From the NCBI GenBank assembly GCA_963828255.1, contig CAWHDZ010000040.1, forward strand, positions 1 through 64,000: a stretch of 64,000 nt of DNA, in the 5' to 3' direction. Position 1 is the stretch's first letter, and every line of letters starts with the position of its first letter. Below, piece after piece: positions 38,552-48,063 of the stretch. The position numbers were made by a program, and so were the translations under genes. Source of the DNA: an uncultured delta proteobacterium (lineage in GTDB: Bacteria; Myxococcota; Myxococcia; Myxococcales; Anaeromyxobacteraceae). The notes under the pieces were generated by a model. It did not search any database, was not told the DNA's origin, and was given only the letters and a program-made list of their open reading frames with translations.

Positions 38552-39415
38552 GTGCCCGCCCTCTCCCCCGCCGTCGAACGCCTCCTCGACCTGGCCATCG
38601 AGGAGGACCTCTCCCTCGGCGATGCCACCAGCGAGGCCACCATCCCCGCGACCGACACCGGCCGCGGCACCTTCCTCGCCAAGGAGGACCTGGTCCTGGC
38701 CGGCACGGCCGTCGCGGTCCGCGTGTTCGAGCGGATGGGAGCCGCCTGCCGCTTCGACCGGACCGACGGGGCCCGCGTCGCCAGGGGCGAGATCTTCGGT
38801 GACGCGACCGGAGCCATGCGCGCGCTGCTCGCGGCCGAGAGGACCGCGCTCAACTTCCTGCAGCGCCTCTCCGGGGTCGCCACCGGCACCCGCCGCGCCG
38901 TGGACGCGCTCGCGGCCTCCGGCGGACGGACGCGACTGCTCGACACCCGCAAGACCACGCCGGGGTGGAGGCGGCTCGAGAAGGAGGCAGTCCGCGCCGG
39001 TGGCGGGGTGAACCACCGCTTCTCGCTGGGCGACGGCATCCTGGTGAAGGACAACCACGTGGCGGCCTGCGGGGGAGTGGGGGAGGCCGTCCGGCGCGCA
39101 CGCGCACGGGGCAACGCCATGCTGCGGGTCGAGGTGGAGGTCGTGGACCTGCCCGGCCTCGACGAGGCCATCTCCGCCGGGGCCGACATCGTGCTCCTCG
39201 ACAACATGACCGACGAGGCCATGGCCGAGGCCGTCCGGCGCGCCGCCGGGCGGGTCCTCCTCGAGGCCAGCGGGAACATGTCCCTCGAGAGGCTGCCCCG
39301 CGTCGCGGCGACCGGGGTGGACTTCGTCTCGATGGGCGCCCTCACCCACAGCGCGCGCGCCGCCGACATCTCCTTCGAGGTCGAGCCGGCCCGGACGACC
39401 CTCCCGGCGGTTTGA
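38552..39415 (+). CDS. nadC: Quinolinate phosphoribosyltransferase
   Basis: ERTALNFLQRLSG, DTRKTTPG, HRFSL, KDNH, LLDN, EASG. Confidence 0.94.
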   Translation: MPALSPAVERLLDLAIEEDLSLGDATSEATIPATDTGRGTFLAKEDLVLAGTAVAVRVFERMGAACRFDRTDGARVARGEIFGDATGAMRALLAAERTALNFLQRLSGVATGTRRAVDALAASGGRTRLLDTRKTTPGWRRLEKEAVRAGGGVNHRFSLGDGILVKDNHVAACGGVGEAVRRARARGNAMLRVEVEVVDLPGLDEAISAGADIVLLDNMTDEAMAEAVRRAAGRVLLEASGNMSLERLPRVAATGVDFVSMGALTHSARAADISFEVEPARTTLPAV

Positions 39416-39447
39416 CAGCCCGGGGCGGCGACCCCGACAATCCGCCC

Positions 39448-40455
39448 ATGGCCGAGGTCGTACCGGGGAGCGAGGAGCTGGTCCTCGCGTTCCTCGCCGA
39501 GGCGGCGGACGACTTCGTCTCCGGCGAGGCCATCAGCGGCAAGCTCGGGCTCTCCCGGGCGGCGGTCTGGAAGCACGTCAACGCGCTCCGGGGACAGGGC
39601 TACCGGATCGAGGCCCTCCCGGCCCGCGGCTACCGCCTGGTGGCCATCCCCGACCGGCTGGGCGCGCTGGAGATCGGGCCGCTCCTCAACACCCACGACC
39701 TGGGGCAGGTTCTCCACTGCTCCGCCGAGATCCCCTCCACGAACGACCGGGCCCGCGAGCTGGCCGACGCCGGCGCGGCCCACGGCGAGGTGGTGGTCAC
39801 CGAGTGCCAGACGGCTGGCCGCGGCCGCCGCGGCCGTTCCTGGGCGTCGCCGGCCGGTCAGAACCTCTACCTCTCGGTCATCCTGCGCCCGTCGCTCCCG
39901 CCGCAGCGCGCCCCCGAGCTGACCCTGGTGGCCTCGGTGGCGGCCTGCGAGGCCTGCAGGAAGGCCGGCGTCGAGGCCGGCATCAAGTGGCCGAACGACG
40001 TCCTCGTCGCGGGGCGGAAGGTTTCCGGGATCCTCACCGAGCTGTCGGCCGAGCCCGACATGGTCCACTGGGTCGTCCTGGGCATCGGGGTGAACCTCAA
40101 CTCCGGATCCGGGGACTTCCCGGCCGACCTCCGCGGCGTGGCGACCAGCCTCTCCATCGAGCGGGGCCAGCCAGTGCCCCGGGCGCTCTTCGCGGCGGCG
40201 CTCCTCGCCGAGCTCGAGCAGTGGCTCGACCTCCACGCCGACCAGGGGTTCGAGCCGATCCGGGCCGCCTGGCGGGAGCAATCCGTCACCCTGGGGCGGG
40301 AAGTCCGCGCCGACGGGGAGGCCGGGGAGATCACCGGCGTCGCCGAGGACATCGACGAGACCGGTGCGCTCCTGGTCCGGGCCCGCGGTGGACTGATGCG
40401 CGTCGTGGCCGGCGACGTCCGGCTCGTCGCTCGCGTTGACCCAGAAGGGGCGTGA
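39448..40455 (+). CDS. birA: Bifunctional biotin ligase / repressor
   Basis: HTH SGEAISGKLGLSRAAVWKH; STN, QTAGRGRRGRSW, KWPND, GIGVN. Confidence 0.93.
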   Translation: MAEVVPGSEELVLAFLAEAADDFVSGEAISGKLGLSRAAVWKHVNALRGQGYRIEALPARGYRLVAIPDRLGALEIGPLLNTHDLGQVLHCSAEIPSTNDRARELADAGAAHGEVVVTECQTAGRGRRGRSWASPAGQNLYLSVILRPSLPPQRAPELTLVASVAACEACRKAGVEAGIKWPNDVLVAGRKVSGILTELSAEPDMVHWVVLGIGVNLNSGSGDFPADLRGVATSLSIERGQPVPRALFAAALLAELEQWLDLHADQGFEPIRAAWREQSVTLGREVRADGEAGEITGVAEDIDETGALLVRARGGLMRVVAGDVRLVARVDPEGA

Positions 40456-40470
40456 GGCTACCCTCCCGCC

Positions 40471-41235
40471 GTGCTTCTCGCCATCGACGTCGGCAACACC
40501 AACACGGTGCTCGGAGCCTTCGAGGCGTCGTCGCTCCGGCACCAGTGGCGCGTGGAAACTTCCCAGAGCCGCACCCACGACGAGTGGGGAATCCTGGTCC
40601 GGCAGCTTCACGCCTCGGTGGGGCTCGACCCGGCCCGGGTGCGGGCCATCGTGATCTCCAGCGTGGTGCCCCCGCTGGCCTTCGCCCTCGAGCAGATGTC
40701 GCAGCGCTACTTCGGCGTGAAGCCGCTCTTCGTCGGACCCGGAGTGAAGACGGGCCTCCCCATCCTCTACGACAACCCCCGCGAGGTCGGCGCCGACCGG
40801 GTGGTGAACGCGGTGGCCGCCTTCGCACGGTTCAAGCGCGGGCTCATCGTGGTGGACTTCGGCACCGCAACCACCTTCGACGCCGTCTCCCCCCGCGGCG
40901 AGTACCTGGGCGGCGCCATCGCTCCCGGCATCTCCATCTCGATGGAGGCCCTCTTCCGCAACGCCTCCAAGCTGCCCCGGGTGGAGTTCGCCCGGCCTCC
41001 CCACGTGGTGGGGAAGAACACCGTGGCCAGCATGCAGAGCGGGATCGTGTTCGGCTACGTGGGGCTCGTGGACGGGATCTGCGAGCGCATGCAGGCCGAG
41101 CTCGCCTTTCCAACGCTGGTCGTCGCCACCGGGGGGCTCGCCCCGCTGGTGGCCGGGCTGTCGAAGGCCATCGCCGAGGTGGACGAGCACCTCACCCTCG
41201 ACGGGCTCCGGATCATCCACGAGATGAACGGGTGA
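40471..41235 (+). CDS. coaX: Type III pantothenate kinase
   Basis: IDVGNTN, GADR, VDFGTATT, GGAIAPG, TGG. Confidence 0.94.
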   Translation: MLLAIDVGNTNTVLGAFEASSLRHQWRVETSQSRTHDEWGILVRQLHASVGLDPARVRAIVISSVVPPLAFALEQMSQRYFGVKPLFVGPGVKTGLPILYDNPREVGADRVVNAVAAFARFKRGLIVVDFGTATTFDAVSPRGEYLGGAIAPGISISMEALFRNASKLPRVEFARPPHVVGKNTVASMQSGIVFGYVGLVDGICERMQAELAFPTLVVATGGLAPLVAGLSKAIAEVDEHLTLDGLRIIHEMNG

Positions 41236-41756
41236 GCGGGACTCCGGGACAGCCAGGAGAGCGCGCCCTGCCGGCCGAGGCGGCTGCCGCCCTGGAGCTG
41301 GGGCTGCGCCGGTTCCGGGGGGACGACCCTGAGGGCGCCCACGAGGCCTTCGCGCAGGCGTACCGCCGCGCCGCCTCCGACCCGCGCGTCCAGTCCTGGT
41401 ACGGGCTGACCCTCGTGCTGGTCGAGAAGAACTCCAACCTGGGCGTGGTCCTCGTGGACGGAGCGGTCCGCACCGGCCGGCCCGACCCCGAGCTCCTCAT
41501 CAACCAGTCCCGGGTGGCCATGGCGCTGGGGCAGCGGGTCCGGGCGGTGCGGGCGCTCGAGCGCGGGATGGCGCTGCACCCCGGGAACCCCGACCTCACC
41601 GCCGCCCGGCTCGCGCTGGGCACCCGGCAGAGGCCGGTGCTGTCCTTCCTGTCGCGGCGCAACTGGCTGAACCGCCTGCTGGGGCGCATCCACCACGGGT
41701 GGACGGCGCGCCGCTCGGCCTCCGGGAACGCTTCCCGGACGGACGGGGAGGGCTGA
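41232..41756 (+). CDS. TPR-like hypothetical protein
   Basis: GTGA overlap with coaX; TPR-like helices; RQRPVLSFLSRRNWLNRLLG C-terminus. Confidence 0.7.
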   Translation: MSGTPGQPGERALPAEAAAALELGLRRFRGDDPEGAHEAFAQAYRRAASDPRVQSWYGLTLVLVEKNSNLGVVLVDGAVRTGRPDPELLINQSRVAMALGQRVRAVRALERGMALHPGNPDLTAARLALGTRQRPVLSFLSRRNWLNRLLGRIHHGWTARRSASGNASRTDGEG

Positions 41757-41759
41757 CCG

Positions 41760-42899
41760 GTGGCCGACTGCCCGCTCTCCGTCGAGGCGCTCTCGCCGGC
41801 GCTGCGCAAGTACGTGGATGGCAAGGCGCCGGCCCCGCTCCGCACCATGGGGGCGAAGGGGCTCGTCCCCGCGGCCGCGCCCGGCGACCTGGTCACCATG
41901 CTCTACTTCCTCTCCTTCGACGCCGACCCCGCGGTGGCGGCGACCGCGGGCAAGTCGGCGGCCTCGCTGCCGGAGAGGGTCTGGTCCACTGCGCTCCGCT
42001 CCGAGTCGATGGAGGCGCCGGTCCTCGACTGGCTCGCCGACCGGCTCGCCACCGCCTCGGGGGCGCTGCAGGCCATCCTGCTCAACCAGTCGACCTCCGA
42101 CGAGACGGTGGCGCGCCTGGCCCCGATCGTGCCCGGGCCGCTGGTGGACATCATCCGCCAGAACGAGCTGCGCCTCCTGCGCCACGACGACATCGTGCGC
42201 GGGCTGTGCCGGAACCCCAACGCGCCCGCCTCCACCCTCGACGGCGCCTGCGACTTCTGCGTGCGCAACGGCCTCGTGCTCCTCGACGTTCCGCAGCTCG
42301 TCGAGGCGCACCGGCGCATCCACGGCACCGACCCGGTCGCCCTGGTCGCCGAGGACTCGGCGGCCACCCTCATGGCCGAGTACCGCGCCGAGCTGGCGCA
42401 CGACGAGGCCGAGGCGACCGGCTCGATCCCCCCGCCCACCCCGGAACAGGAGGAGAAGCGGCTCACCATGACCCAGCGGGTCCTCAAGATGTCGGTGTCC
42501 CAGAAGATCAAGCTGGCCACCCTGGGGAACCGGGAGGCCCGGACGCTGCTCCTGCGCGACTCCAACCGGCTGGTCAGCCTGGCCGCGGCCCAGAGTCCCC
42601 GCATGACCGACGGCGAGATCCTCGGCCTCGCCAACTCGAAGACCGCCAGCGCCGACGTGCTGCGCTACATCTACGAGGGGCGCGACTTCACCAAGATCTA
42701 CGCCCTGCGGGCCGCCCTGGTCCGCAACCCCAAGGTGCCGCTCCCCACCGCGCTCAAGTTCCTCCCCACGCTCCAGGAGAAGGACATCAAGGAACTGGCC
42801 CGCGACCGCAACGTCCCCGCCACCGTGCAGGCCCAGGCCAAGGCGTGGGTCATGAAGCGGGAGCAGGCCAGCAAGGGGTCGATGGACGGGAAGCACTGA
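41760..42899 (+). CDS. Hypothetical helical-repeat protein
   Basis: Strong host codon bias; in operon; QKIKLATLGNREARTLL...ALVRNPKVP region. Confidence 0.75.
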   Translation: MADCPLSVEALSPALRKYVDGKAPAPLRTMGAKGLVPAAAPGDLVTMLYFLSFDADPAVAATAGKSAASLPERVWSTALRSESMEAPVLDWLADRLATASGALQAILLNQSTSDETVARLAPIVPGPLVDIIRQNELRLLRHDDIVRGLCRNPNAPASTLDGACDFCVRNGLVLLDVPQLVEAHRRIHGTDPVALVAEDSAATLMAEYRAELAHDEAEATGSIPPPTPEQEEKRLTMTQRVLKMSVSQKIKLATLGNREARTLLLRDSNRLVSLAAAQSPRMTDGEILGLANSKTASADVLRYIYEGRDFTKIYALRAALVRNPKVPLPTALKFLPTLQEKDIKELARDRNVPATVQAQAKAWVMKREQASKGSMDGKH

Positions 42900-42927
42900 T
42901 GGGCTCCAGGCGCTGAGGGCGGAACGG

Positions 42928-44490
42928 ATGCGGATGGGGCGGGCGATCTGGCTCTCCGCCGCGACCATGGCGTCGCGGGTGCTGGGGCTCGTGCGCGACC
43001 AGCTCTTCGCGGCGCTGGTGGGCGCCAACCGCTGGTCCGACGCCTTCGTCGTCGCCTTCCGCATCCCCAATCTCCTCAGGGACCTGTTCGCCGAGGGTGC
43101 GCTCTCGTCGGCCTTCGTCCCCACCTTCGCCGACGCCCACGCGAAGCGAGGGAAGGAGGACGCGCACCGGCTCGCCAACGCGCTCGTGGGGGTCGTGCTC
43201 GTCGTGGTGGGGGGCGTGGTGCTGGCCGGGCTCGTCGCCGCCCCGGCCATCGTCCGGCTGCTCGCGCCCGGGTTCGGCCCGGAGGAGGCGGCCTTCGCCG
43301 CCTCGCTCACCCGGATCATGATGCCGTTCCTGCTCCTGGTCTCGCTCTCCGCGGTGGCCATGGGCATGCTGAACGCCCAGTCGCGCTTCACCGCGCCGGC
43401 GCTGGCGCCGGCCCTCTTCAACGTGGGGGCCATCGCGGTGGGGATCTGGCTCTGGGCGACCGGGCAGGGTCCGCGCGCCGCGGCGGTGGGGTGGTCGGTG
43501 GGAACGCTGGTGGGCGGGGCGATGCAGCTCGCGGTCCAGGGGCCCAGCCTGCGCGCGCTGGGCTTCCGCCTCCGGCCCCTCTTCGGAAGGGCGGCGCTCG
43601 CCGACCCGGGCATCCGCCGCATCGGGCGGCTCATGGGCGCCGCCGTGATCGGGCTCTCGGCCACCCAGGTGAACATCCTCGTCAACACCATCTTCGCCTC
43701 GCACGAGGTGGGCGCGAACACCTGGCTTCAGATGGCCTTCCGGCTCATGCAGCTCCCGCTCGGGGTCTTCGGCGTGGCCATCGCCACCGTGGCCGGGGCC
43801 GGCGTGGCGCAGCGGGTCGCCGCCGGGGACATGGACGGGGTGCGGGAGACGCTCGGCTCGGCCATGCGGCTGGTGGCCTTCCTGAACGTGCCCGCCGCGG
43901 TGGGACTGATCACGCTGGCCCACCCCATCATCTCGCTGGTCTACGAGCACGGCCGGTTCGGCTCCGCCGACGCCTCGGCCACCGCCGACGCGCTGGTCTT
44001 CTACGCCGTCGGGCTCTACGGCTACTCGGCGGTCAAGGTCCTCGCGCCGGCCTTCTACGCCGTCGACGACGCCCGCATCCCGGTCGTCGGGAGCGTGGTG
44101 GGCATGACCTCCAACGTGGCGCTGGTGCTGCTGCTCCACCCGGTGCTCGGGTTCAAGGGCATCGCGCTCGGCACGGCGCTGGCCGCGACGGCCAACTTCG
44201 CGGTGCTGGCGGTGGCCTGGAAGTGGCGCCACGGGGGGCTGGGGAACGCCGGCATCTACCGGCAGCTCGGCCGGACGGTGCTCGCCTCGGCGGTGATGGT
44301 CGGGGTGGTGCTGGGAGTGAAGGCGGCCATCGGGCCGGTCCTCCCCGCGGCCGGGCTGGCCCGGCAGGCGCCGCTCGCGCTCCTGCCCATCGCGGCCGGC
44401 GCGATCGCCTACTTCGCGGCGGCCCGGGTGCTCGGGGTGAAGGAGCTCTCCGAGGTGGCCTCGGCCCTACGACGACGCCGGCGGACCTGA
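42928..44490 (+). CDS. murJ: Lipid II flippase MurJ
   Basis: SRVLGLVRD, AFRIPNLLRDLFAEGALSSAFVP, RLMQLPLGVFG. Confidence 0.93.
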   Translation: MRMGRAIWLSAATMASRVLGLVRDQLFAALVGANRWSDAFVVAFRIPNLLRDLFAEGALSSAFVPTFADAHAKRGKEDAHRLANALVGVVLVVVGGVVLAGLVAAPAIVRLLAPGFGPEEAAFAASLTRIMMPFLLLVSLSAVAMGMLNAQSRFTAPALAPALFNVGAIAVGIWLWATGQGPRAAAVGWSVGTLVGGAMQLAVQGPSLRALGFRLRPLFGRAALADPGIRRIGRLMGAAVIGLSATQVNILVNTIFASHEVGANTWLQMAFRLMQLPLGVFGVAIATVAGAGVAQRVAAGDMDGVRETLGSAMRLVAFLNVPAAVGLITLAHPIISLVYEHGRFGSADASATADALVFYAVGLYGYSAVKVLAPAFYAVDDARIPVVGSVVGMTSNVALVLLLHPVLGFKGIALGTALAATANFAVLAVAWKWRHGGLGNAGIYRQLGRTVLASAVMVGVVLGVKAAIGPVLPAAGLARQAPLALLPIAAGAIAYFAAARVLGVKELSEVASALRRRRRT

Positions 44491-46344
44491 CCCGCCGGAC
44501 CCACCGTCGCCCCCGGAGCGGTCCTCGAGGATCTGCAGCACCATGGCGAGGGCCTTGCGGGTCTTCTCGCGGATCTTCTCGTCGCTCTTGATCTTCTGGT
44601 AGGCGCGCAGGACGCGATCCTCGGCCTGGGCGGACTGCCCCTCGAGCTCCTGGATCCGCAGGGAAAGTCCGGTGGCTCGACCCTCGGCCTCGGCGCGGAA
44701 GGCCTCGCCGGACGCGCGTTGGCCCTCCACCTCGCTGCGGAGCGCGAGGGCCTCGGCGGCGCGCGCCCCGGTGTCGGCGCGGGCCGACTGGAGCTCGAAG
44801 CGGAGACCGTCGGCGTCGGCGCGGGCCGACTGGAGCTCGAAGCGGAGACCGTCGGCGTCGGCCTGGGCCGACTGGAGCTGGGAACGGAGACCGTCGGCGT
44901 CGGCGCGGGCCGACTGGAGCTCGAAGCGGAGCCCCTCGGCGTCGTTGCGGGCCGACTGGAGCTCGGAACGGAGGCCGTCGGCCTCGGCGCGACGGGCGTC
45001 CGACTCGACGCGCCTGGTCTCGACCTCGTTCCGCAGACCGTCGACGGTCGCCTCCAGGGTGGCGACCTCGTTGCGAAGTCCGGCGGCCTCGCCCCGGACG
45101 CCGTCCGCGGAGGAGCGCAGGGATTCGATCTCGGCGCGCAGCCCCTGGGCCTCGGTCCGGGCGACCTCGATCTCCCGTTCCAGCTCCTCGGTCTGCCGCT
45201 CCGCGTTCACCAGCTCGGAGCCACGCTCCTTGGCCGAGAGTTCGGCCGCGGAGAGCCTCGACCCGATGGCGGCGAGCTCGCCCTCCTTCTCGGCCGTCCG
45301 CTGCTCCGAGAGGGAGAGCTGGTCCTGGGTTCGGGTCAGCTGCCCCTCGGTCCTCGCCAGCTGCTGGGCGGCGGCCTCGAGCTTGCCCTGCAGCGCGCCC
45401 AGCTCGGCGTCCCGGACGGCGAGGAGATGCTGGGCCTCGTTGGCCTCCGCGCGGAGGGAGTCGGTCAGCTGCCGCGCCTCCAGGAGCGCCGCGGTGGCCT
45501 CCTCGTCGGCGCCCGGAAGCACCTCCACCTCCTCCAGGAAGATCGGCGTCTCCTCGATCGCCACCGACTCCACCAGGGGTGCGACCCGCCTCGGCGGAGG
45601 GGGAGGAGGGGAGGGAGCGACGTTCCGGAACGGGTCCGGAGCGGAGTGGGGGACGATCGGCGAGACCTTCGACGCCTCGGCGGCCTCCTCGGCCAGGGAG
45701 GCAAGCGCGGCGGCCATGTCGCGGTCGAACTCGGAGAGGGAGGGCGACTCGTCGGCCTCGGGCATCAGGGTGAGGGGCGGCTCGGAAGCCGGGGAGCCGG
45801 GGGCGTGGGCGCTGGGCTCGTCTCCGCCCCGGCTGATGCTGTCGAACGCGTCGTCGAGCGCCTTGAGGTCGACGTCCTCCTCCGCGGCGCCAGGCCCGGT
45901 CCCGGCGTGGGCGCCCTCGAGCTCCACGTCGTCCAGGGTGATGAGCTCCTCGTCCTCCGGCGACGCATCGGGGAGGCCGACCAGCGCGCCCACCCGCTCG
46001 ACCAGGGTCTCGGGCTGGAAGGGCTTGAGGAGATAGTCCTCGGCGCGCGTCTTCAGCTTCCGGTGCTGGTCGAAGGTCTCGGGCGTCGCCTCGGAGCTGG
46101 TGATGACGAGCGGGATCGACTTGAGGGTCCCGTCCTTCTTGAGCCGGTTGCACCAGGAGTAGCCGGAGAGGCCGGGCAGCTCCACGCAGAGCACCACGCA
46201 GTCGGGGTGCAGGGCCCTCGCGAGCTCGAACCCCTCCTTGCCGTCCGGACTGGTGCGGACGCCGTAGCCCCGCGACTCGAGGGCCGAGGACATCGCGCGC
46301 GCAAAGGTGGAGTCGCTCTCGATGAGGAGGACGTTCTTCTGCAT
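44467..46344 (-). CDS. frzS: FrzS-like pseudo-receiver / coiled-coil motility protein
   Basis: Receiver with IESD in place of the acidic pair and VLCVEL lacking the phospho-Asp; QHRKLK motif; long coiled coil ending AYQKIKSDEKIREKTRKAL. Confidence 0.7.
   Translation of the reverse strand: MQKNVLLIESDSTFARAMSSALESRGYGVRTSPDGKEGFELARALHPDCVVLCVELPGLSGYSWCNRLKKDGTLKSIPLVITSSEATPETFDQHRKLKTRAEDYLLKPFQPETLVERVGALVGLPDASPEDEELITLDDVELEGAHAGTGPGAAEEDVDLKALDDAFDSISRGGDEPSAHAPGSPASEPPLTLMPEADESPSLSEFDRDMAAALASLAEEAAEASKVSPIVPHSAPDPFRNVAPSPPPPPPRRVAPLVESVAIEETPIFLEEVEVLPGADEEATAALLEARQLTDSLRAEANEAQHLLAVRDAELGALQGKLEAAAQQLARTEGQLTRTQDQLSLSEQRTAEKEGELAAIGSRLSAAELSAKERGSELVNAERQTEELEREIEVARTEAQGLRAEIESLRSSADGVRGEAAGLRNEVATLEATVDGLRNEVETRRVESDARRAEADGLRSELQSARNDAEGLRFELQSARADADGLRSQLQSAQADADGLRFELQSARADADGLRFELQSARADTGARAAEALALRSEVEGQRASGEAFRAEAEGRATGLSLRIQELEGQSAQAEDRVLRAYQKIKSDEKIREKTRKALAMVLQILEDRSGGDGGSGGSGPPASS
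44773..44982 (-). repeat. 42-bp tandem repeat x5 encoding 14-aa coiled-coil units
   Basis: Units start at 44773, 44815, 44857, 44899 and 44941; consensus ADGLRFELQSARAD. Confidence 0.9.
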
Positions 46345-46399
46345 GCCGGGATCCTATGGCCGCCCCGAACGCGATGTCAAAAGCCTTCGGGGACGGGCG

Positions 46400-47234
46400 C
46401 TATCGCTCGACGGATTGCGCCGTCTCGACCAGCCGGACCAGATCGGCCTCGTCGAGGTCGGAGACCAGCGAGTAGACGATTCTCGTTCCGGCGCCACACG
46501 GCCACGTTGTAGCCGCGCATGTTCATCACCCAGATCGTCTCGGCTCCGGCCTTGACCGCGCGCCCCTCGTCGGCCACGCGCCGCTTCGGGTCGTCGATGA
46601 TGAAGAGGCCGAGCCGGCCGCCGCGCGGCGTCTCGTAGCGCATGTAGGCGGCGGGCCAGTCCCGCAGCTGGGCCAGGCGCGCCCCGACCAGCTTGACCCC
46701 CTCGCCCCGGAAGGCCGGCGGCTTGGGGTTGAAGTCGAGCTTGCTCGCCAGGATGCCGGGGATGACCTCCGGCGCGATGGATGCCGTGCTGAGCTCGAGG
46801 GGCAGGTCGCGGGCGTGCTTGCGCACCGCCTCCTCCACCATCGGGTCGGTGGCCCGGTGCCCGGCGAAGACCACCAGCGCACCGGCCACGCAGGCGGCCA
46901 TGGCCGCCACGGGGAGGGGGGAGAGGATGCGGCGCCACCAGGCGGCGGGGCGCTCGACCTCGGCGTCGAGGGCGGCGGAGATGCGGCGGCGCAGGGCGTC
47001 GGGCGCGGTGGCGTGCGGAACCCCGGGGGCGAAGGCCTCGCGAAGCCGCGCGCGCAGCGCCGAGCGGAAGGCCATGGCCGAGGCGGCCACGTCCCGGCAG
47101 CCGGTGCAGGCCGAGAGGTGCGTCTCGAGGGAGGCGCGGTCGTCGTCGCCGAACTCGCCGTCGAGGTAGGGCTCGAGGAGCCGCTCCACGTCGCCGCATT
47201 CGAAGGTCGTCCTGGAAGTCGCGCCCTGCGTCAT
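46400..47234 (-). CDS. zf-HC2 anti-sigma factor with an apparent 1-nt frameshift near the 3' end
   Basis: HLSACTGC zinc motif; TM helix; removing one base at 46480-46481 restores EIVYSLVSDLDEADLVRLVETAQSVER-stop; as sequenced the ORF runs to 46377. Confidence 0.8.
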
Positions 47235-47250
47235 GTCCTCGAGTCCGGTG

Positions 47251-47898
47251 CTACGAGATTCCGCGCTTCCGCTTCCAGGCGTCGAGGTCGACGCTCCGGT
47301 CGCGGATGGTCCCATCGTCTCCGCCCGCGTGCAACACTCCCGACGAGGCGGCGTATTCCGAGAGTTGCTTCTGGAGGAGGCGCCGACCCCGGAACAGGCG
47401 GCTCATCACCGTTCCCACCGGGACGTCGAGGATGTCGGCGATCTCCTTGTACGAGAAGTCCTGGAGGTCGGCCAGGATCACCGCCAGCCGGAAATCGACC
47501 GGGATGGAGTCGATGGCGCGAAGGACGTCGTCGGAGAGCAGGCGGTCGAAGAAGGCGCGCTCGGGGTCCTCGGCGACGTCGGCGGCGTCGCGCGAGACCA
47601 GCCGGTCCTGCACCGAGTCGCGCTCGTCCTCGACGATGTTGCGCTCCTTGGTGGTCCGGCGGTACCGGTTGATGAAGGTATTGGTGAGGATCTTGTAGAG
47701 CCAGGCCTTGATGTTGGTGCCGCGCTCGAACTTGTCGAAGAAGCGGAAGGCCCGGAGGACGGCGTCCTGGACCAGGTCCTCGGCGTCGCGCGGGTTCCGG
47801 GTGAGCCGGAGCGCAGCGGCGTAAAGGCCGTCGAGGTGTGGCAGCGCCAGCGTCTCGAACTCGCGGCGGGTGCTCTCGATGGCTCTGGCTGGCGGCAC
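47251..47898 (-). CDS. ECF sigma factor (RpoE-like)
   Basis: [52 protein letters not shown] before the GTG. Confidence 0.9.
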   Translation of the reverse strand: MPPARAIESTRREFETLALPHLDGLYAAALRLTRNPRDAEDLVQDAVLRAFRFFDKFERGTNIKAWLYKILTNTFINRYRRTTKERNIVEDERDSVQDRLVSRDAADVAEDPERAFFDRLLSDDVLRAIDSIPVDFRLAVILADLQDFSYKEIADILDVPVGTVMSRLFRGRRLLQKQLSEYAASSGVLHAGGDDGTIRDRSVDLDAWKRKRGIS

Positions 47899-48063
47899 GA
47901 TCTTCCCCCTCCCGTGACGAACGGGTGAATGTTGTCGCTTGTTCCCGGCCGAACGCCCCATATGGGTATAAATCGGGCGGCCCCCCGAACCCAACGGCAC
48001 CCATTGATAAGGCGCCTCCGGGCGCTGGCAAGCCGTCGGTGCTATGAAGCGCCCAACCCCGCC

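Noticed and set aside
34333..41220. 2295-aa minus-strand ORF and other very long ORFs (5' parts of 4242-9653, 7127-10450 and 31234-34296)
   Set aside because: Shadow ORFs typical of high-GC DNA, overlapping well-supported genes
44467..44490. 24-bp convergent overlap of murJ and the frzS-like gene
   Set aside because: Short 3' overlaps are common in compact high-GC genomes
44773..44982. 42-bp repeats as a CRISPR array
   Set aside because: Head-to-tail with no spacers, in frame within a CDS, and no cas genes in the window
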